DNA of 64,000 nucleotides from Crocinitomicaceae bacterium (GTDB taxonomy: Bacteria; Bacteroidota; Bacteroidia; Flavobacteriales_D; Crocinitomicaceae). Position numbers and translations under genes: made by a program. A model generated the notes under the pieces. It was not told the DNA's origin. It did not search any database and saw only the letters and a program-made list of their open reading frames with translations. Each line of letters opens with the position of its first letter. Position 1 is the stretch's first letter. This document shows positions 60,115 through 64,000 of this stretch, piece after piece. Location of the stretch: assembly GCA_047630755.1 (NCBI GenBank), contig JBLHYG010000019.1:21239-85238 (forward strand), read 5' to 3'.

Positions 60115-60474
60115 ATGAAGAAATCTATTGCTTTAATTGCATTGATTTTGTCATCTGGCGCTACCTTTTCGCAATCAACCTACGAGATTAAAACTGCCGG
60201 GCAAAATTACACCTTAGCACAAGTTCAAACAGCCATCGAATCTGCAAATTTTTGCGGATATTATTATTCCGATGAAAGACATTTACTGTTGTTTGATGAT
60301 GGAACCGAAGTAGAGTTAAAATCCAATGATGAATTATTGATTGAAGGTGTCACGTTAGGTAATACGTGCGTAACTGCCGATAGAAAGGAAAACCCTGTTG
60401 TTTGGGCAATCGCCGCAAATGGGACAATCTTGAGAGGTGGGACTTCGACCAATAAAGAGAACAGATTGAAATAA
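60115..60474 (+). CDS. hypothetical small secreted protein
   Basis: Signal peptide MKKSIALIALILSSGATFSQ; 119 aa. It sits directly upstream of the giant adhesin gene on the same strand. Confidence 0.5.
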   Translation: MKKSIALIALILSSGATFSQSTYEIKTAGQNYTLAQVQTAIESANFCGYYYSDERHLLLFDDGTEVELKSNDELLIEGVTLGNTCVTADRKENPVVWAIAANGTILRGGTSTNKENRLK

Positions 60475-60495
60475 CGAATTAAAAGTTTCTAAACT

Positions 60496-63400
60496 ATGAA
60501 ATTGATCACGTTATTTTCGTTTTTACTCCTTAGTGTAGGAGTATTCGCTCAACCAGTTAACGACGATTGTATTACCGCTACAGGAATGGGAACTATGCCA
60601 GCTCCAGGTCCATGTATTGGTGGTTTACAAGATGGTGCCCCTGTAACTTTAGCGGGCCAGAGTACTCTTGGAGCAACGGGTGCGAATCCTTACAATTATA
60701 TTACAAATTGTAGTGGTGGTGGCGATATGGCTGCGCCCGCATTGGATACTTGGTATACCCTGATTGCCTCAGGAACAATTTTAAATATTAATATTTCAGG
60801 TTTTCCAAATGCTAGTATTGGAGTTTGGACAGGGACTTGTGCAAACCTTGCTCCAAGTGGGTGTATGAATGTAAATGGTTCGGGAAATGGAACTTTAACA
60901 ATCACTCAAACAACTCCTGGAGATGTTTTTTATATTCAAGTTAGTGGTGGAACAGCTGCTGCAACCGATAACAACTTCACGATTACTGTAGATTCTGACA
61001 TTGATTGTAATGACTGTCTTGTTGCAAGTAATTTATCTGCGACTCCGTTACCTACAAATGGATCATATTCTCCTGGTGATGTTGTAACATTTTGTTACGA
61101 GATTACTGAATGGGATCAACAAAATACAAATTGGTTACACGGAGTTCAGTTAGCATTCGGTCCTGGTTGGGACGGAACAGTAACGAATATTGTTCCTGCA
61201 GCAAGTTGCGATGGTGCCGGAACCTGGGCGTATTACCCAGGAGGAACAACTTCTACAGCTACTGCAACAAATTATGGAGCAGGATTTTATTATGACAATG
61301 ATGGAGATGGAAATCCGGGAAATAACTTTGGTGATAACTGTCAAGGTGCCGGCCTAAGTTGGATGTTCTGTTTCGATTTAACTGTTTCGGCGGCTTGTAC
61401 ACCTGGAGCAGATTTATCAATTACAATAAATACAACGGGTGATGGTGAGTCTGGCTCTTGGGCCAGTATTGCTTGCGCCGATGATGATGCAAGTACACTT
61501 CCGGCCTATATGGTTTGTTGTGACGTTCCTTTGACTACTGTTGTAGATGAAACCTGTCCTGGCGACGCGGATGGTTCTGCAACAGTTACAGGTCAAGGCG
61601 GGACTGCACCGTATGATTATGTATGGGAAGATGATTTAGGAAATGTAGTTTATACTAATAATAACAATGCGGGTGTCAGCGCTTTTGCTGGTTTAACATC
61701 TGGAACATATACCGTTATTGTAACGGACGACGCAGGCTGTGTGCAATCTGTTGATATTCAGGTTTACGCTGGAATTTGTTCGAGCTGCCCTGATTATGCA
61801 AGTGTTGCAACAGGCGCTCCGGATGCTTGTGGTGGGCAACTTTATGATTTCGACGTTGCAAATACTGGCTGTAATGGAACTATCATCTTTAATGTTGTTG
61901 GAAACTATGGTTCAGCCTTTGCAAATGAGAATACTTGGGTTGTAACCAGTGTGTTAACGGGTAACGTTGTTGCATCAGGAGGTCCTGGTACAAACGGAGC
62001 TGGATTTAATGTAAATGTGAGTCTGGATCCTAATATAGAAGGAAACATTTTCGAATTTGTTGTGAGTGATTCGTGGGGTGATGGATACAATGGAGTAGGT
62101 GGTTTCTTCCAAATTGAAGATCAATTGGGAGGTGTTATCGGCGGTCCTGTGACAGGTAACTTTGGAGCATCGATTTCTGAAATTTTCGCAGTAAATATTG
62201 ATATCAGTTCGTCTACGATTACAATTAATACCCCAGGTGGAAATATTGTTAGTACAATTGGGAACTGTGCAGATTATAGCGTTCAATTAACACTCGATAA
62301 TACATTCTTCTGTACGCCTATTAATATTGATTTACCTTGGACAATTGTTTGTGATGAAACTGGTCAGGTTATTTCAACTGGGATTCATTCAGTTACGGTT
62401 TATCCTCAAATTGCAACGCAAGCTTCAGATGTTGTAGATGTTACTTGGAATGCGGGAACGTGTCAATGGGACATCTCTCCGCAAAATGATTGTGACTTAT
62501 TAGATATCGGAACAGTCTTTACCATAACTCCTGACCCTAATGCTTGGCCTGCTAACACTTGTGTTGGTGGAAATGAGGATTTTACAATTGATTATATCGG
62601 AGTAGCTGGTGGACCAGATTGTTGTTCTACCGGAGGGGCATTAGGACCGATAACTTATGATGTAACCACAACCGTTGCAGATCCTGTTGCAGTTGATTCT
62701 CCGTATGGCGGAGTTAACAATGCTGGAAATACAACCATTCCTGCAAATACTGTTGGTGGAAATGCGACATCATTTGATCTTACAGTTACTGGGGCAGGTT
62801 ATTGTTATCCAGATCCGGCAGGAATTAGTGTAGATGATGATTGGTATGTTGCTATTTGGGTTGATGGCGTTCAGATATTATTACAAGGCCCTATGACAGG
62901 GACAGGGTTTAATATTACAATTGATGAAACGGATCTTGCAGCAGCTGGGATAACGTATAATCAAAACAGCGTTATTGAAATATATGTTCTTCCGAACTTA
63001 TTTTGGGAAGGAACACCACCCAATTATACTACTTACGTTCCTGGAGCTCCTTGCGGATCTTTAGGGGATGGTGAATGGACCATGGGAACCTACGATGTTA
63101 CGACCAATGTTGTGTTTACCGAGCAAGTTGCATTACCTGCAAACTGTTCGTTCCTTACTTCACCGCCTTATACGTGCTGCGTTACAACAATGCCGACAGG
63201 TTCAAACCCTCCTAATATTAATGTTGAGTGCAGTGGAGGTGCTCCAGCAGCAGATCCATTGGTTGTAACAGATGAGGCAAGTCCTTGTAATCCTGTAGTA
63301 ACCTATCAAGGAGATGTTTCTGATGGATTGAATTGTCCAGAAACGATTACACGTACATATAGAATAACAGACGATTGTGGGAACTTCACAGACGTTCAAC

Positions 63401-64000
63401 AATTGATAATTATTGGTGATGTAACGCCGCCAGTTCTTGTGGCGCCACCTGCGGCAATTACTGTTCAGTGTGGAGCAATTCCAGCTATGGTAAATCTTGC
63501 TTGGACAGATAACTGCGATGGAGCAGGATCGGTAGCAGGATCAGACGGTCCGCTTATCGGTGGAAATTGTGGAGGTACAATCACAAGAACTTGGACATAC
63601 ACTGACGGTTGTGGGAATACAGATACTGAAACGCAAATAATTACTGTAAACGATACGCAAGTGCCAGTCATGAATGCACCGCCAGCAGCAGTTGCTGTTC
63701 AATGCAGTGGAGATGTGCCTGCAATGATAAACCTTGGTTATACAGATAATTGCGATCCTGCAGGAACAGTTGCAGGAGTTGACGTTAGTGACGGTCTTTC
63801 TTGTCCTGAAACAATTACGCGCTCTTGGACTTGGATCGATGGTTGTGGGAATGTTGCTGCGACAGTAACGCAAACAATTATTATAGACGATACACAAGCA
63901 CCAGTTTTTTCAGGAGTACCGGCAGCAGTAGCAGTTCAGTGTGCTGGAGATGTTCCAGCAATGATTAATTTAAATTACACGGATAACTGTGATGCAGCAG
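60496..64000 (+). CDS. giant secreted adhesin-like protein (SprB-repeat / HYR-like 90-aa repeats), N-terminal >1168 aa; continues beyond the window
   Basis: ATG at 60496 with signal peptide MKLITLFSFLLLSVGVFAQ. The frame stays open to the window edge. Contains a SprB-repeat-like segment SGTYTVIVTDDAGCVQSVDIQVY. At least three tandem units follow of the form PPAAxxVQCxxxxPAMxNLxxTDNCDxxGxVAGxD...CPETITRxWTxxDxCGN...QxIxxxDTxxPV. Absent from the ORF track because it is incomplete. Confidence 0.78.
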   Translation, partial: MKLITLFSFLLLSVGVFAQPVNDDCITATGMGTMPAPGPCIGGLQDGAPVTLAGQSTLGATGANPYNYITNCSGGGDMAAPALDTWYTLIASGTILNINISGFPNASIGVWTGTCANLAPSGCMNVNGSGNGTLTITQTTPGDVFYIQVSGGTAAATDNNFTITVDSDIDCNDCLVASNLSATPLPTNGSYSPGDVVTFCYEITEWDQQNTNWLHGVQLAFGPGWDGTVTNIVPAASCDGAGTWAYYPGGTTSTATATNYGAGFYYDNDGDGNPGNNFGDNCQGAGLSWMFCFDLTVSAACTPGADLSITINTTGDGESGSWASIACADDDASTLPAYMVCCDVPLTTVVDETCPGDADGSATVTGQGGTAPYDYVWEDDLGNVVYTNNNNAGVSAFAGLTSGTYTVIVTDDAGCVQSVDIQVYAGICSSCPDYASVATGAPDACGGQLYDFDVANTGCNGTIIFNVVGNYGSAFANENTWVVTSVLTGNVVASGGPGTNGAGFNVNVSLDPNIEGNIFEFVVSDSWGDGYNGVGGFFQIEDQLGGVIGGPVTGNFGASISEIFAVNIDISSSTITINTPGGNIVSTIGNCADYSVQLTLDNTFFCTPINIDLPWTIVCDETGQVISTGIHSVTVYPQIATQASDVVDVTWNAGTCQWDISPQNDCDLLDIGTVFTITPDPNAWPANTCVGGNEDFTIDYIGVAGGPDCCSTGGALGPITYDVTTTVADPVAVDSPYGGVNNAGNTTIPANTVGGNATSFDLTVTGAGYCYPDPAGISVDDDWYVAIWVDGVQILLQGPMTGTGFNITIDETDLAAAGITYNQNSVIEIYVLPNLFWEGTPPNYTTYVPGAPCGSLGDGEWTMGTYDVTTNVVFTEQVALPANCSFLTSPPYTCCVTTMPTGSNPPNINVECSGGAPAADPLVVTDEASPCNPVVTYQGDVSDGLNCPETITRTYRITDDCGNFTDVQQLIIIGDVTPPVLVAPPAAITVQCGAIPAMVNLAWTDNCDGAGSVAGSDGPLIGGNCGGTITRTWTYTDGCGNTDTETQIITVNDTQVPVMNAPPAAVAVQCSGDVPAMINLGYTDNCDPAGTVAGVDVSDGLSCPETITRSWTWIDGCGNVAATVTQTIIIDDTQAPVFSGVPAAVAVQCAGDVPAMINLNYTDNCDAA
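63175..64000 (+). repeat. intragenic tandem repeat, ~270-bp (90-aa) units, at least 3 copies, inside the giant adhesin gene
   Basis: Near-identical peptide blocks are visible in translation: ITVQCGAIPAMVNLAWTDNCDGAG / VAVQCSGDVPAMINLGYTDNCDPAG / VAVQCAGDVPAMINLNYTDNCDAA. They continue to the window edge. Confidence 0.6.

Noticed and set aside
63465-63897. 68-aa and 118-aa Cys-rich minus-strand ORFs
   Set aside because: They are antisense to the repetitive adhesin gene. The low-complexity repeats keep the opposite frames open.
1-64000. CRISPR arrays, integrases, transposases, rRNA or tRNA genes
   Set aside because: I scanned for regularly spaced direct repeats, tyrosine/serine recombinase or DDE motifs, and rRNA/tRNA hallmarks. 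None were found. The only repeats are intragenic protein-coding repeats in the adhesin.

Overview
This 64 kb window reads as a chromosomal segment of an AT-rich Bacteroidota genome (Flavobacteriia/Cytophagia-like). The evidence is about 38% GC, many lipoproteins with an LxxC lipobox, and many secreted proteins ending in a type A T9SS C-terminal sorting domain with a conserved (F/Y)PNP motif. Housekeeping genes (accA, ispE, rsmE, holA, pepT, ndk, trhO, lgt, tag, a thiolase, kdsC, secA, guaA, hemF) are interspersed with at least 11 predicted T9SS cargo genes. I found no rRNA, tRNA, CRISPR array, integrase or transposase. Two edge-truncated genes are absent from the supplied ORF track. The first is the N-terminal part of an FAD/NAD(P)-dependent oxidoreductase at 1..633 on the minus strand. 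The second is the start of a giant adhesin-like protein of more than 1168 aa at 60496..64000+ on the plus strand, carrying SprB/HYR-like 90-aa tandem repeats. The strongest candidate for a poorly described system is the tightly packed minus-strand cluster at 12600..18974. It encodes a GEVED/PPC-domain T9SS protein, four tandem paralogous Kelch-like beta-propeller T9SS proteins and a DUF4907-like lipoprotein. Other items worth a second look are a translationally coupled lipoprotein / outer-membrane-like / T9SS-cargo module (46181..50474), an orphan SiaC-like (DUF1987) gene cluster (37999..39907), an NfeD-flotillin pair (30622..32797), a 56-aa CxxC small ORF with its own terminator (19172..19342), and a block of uncharacterised genes with unusually long non-coding leaders (32905..35373). 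All functional calls are from reading motifs by eye. No database search was possible.
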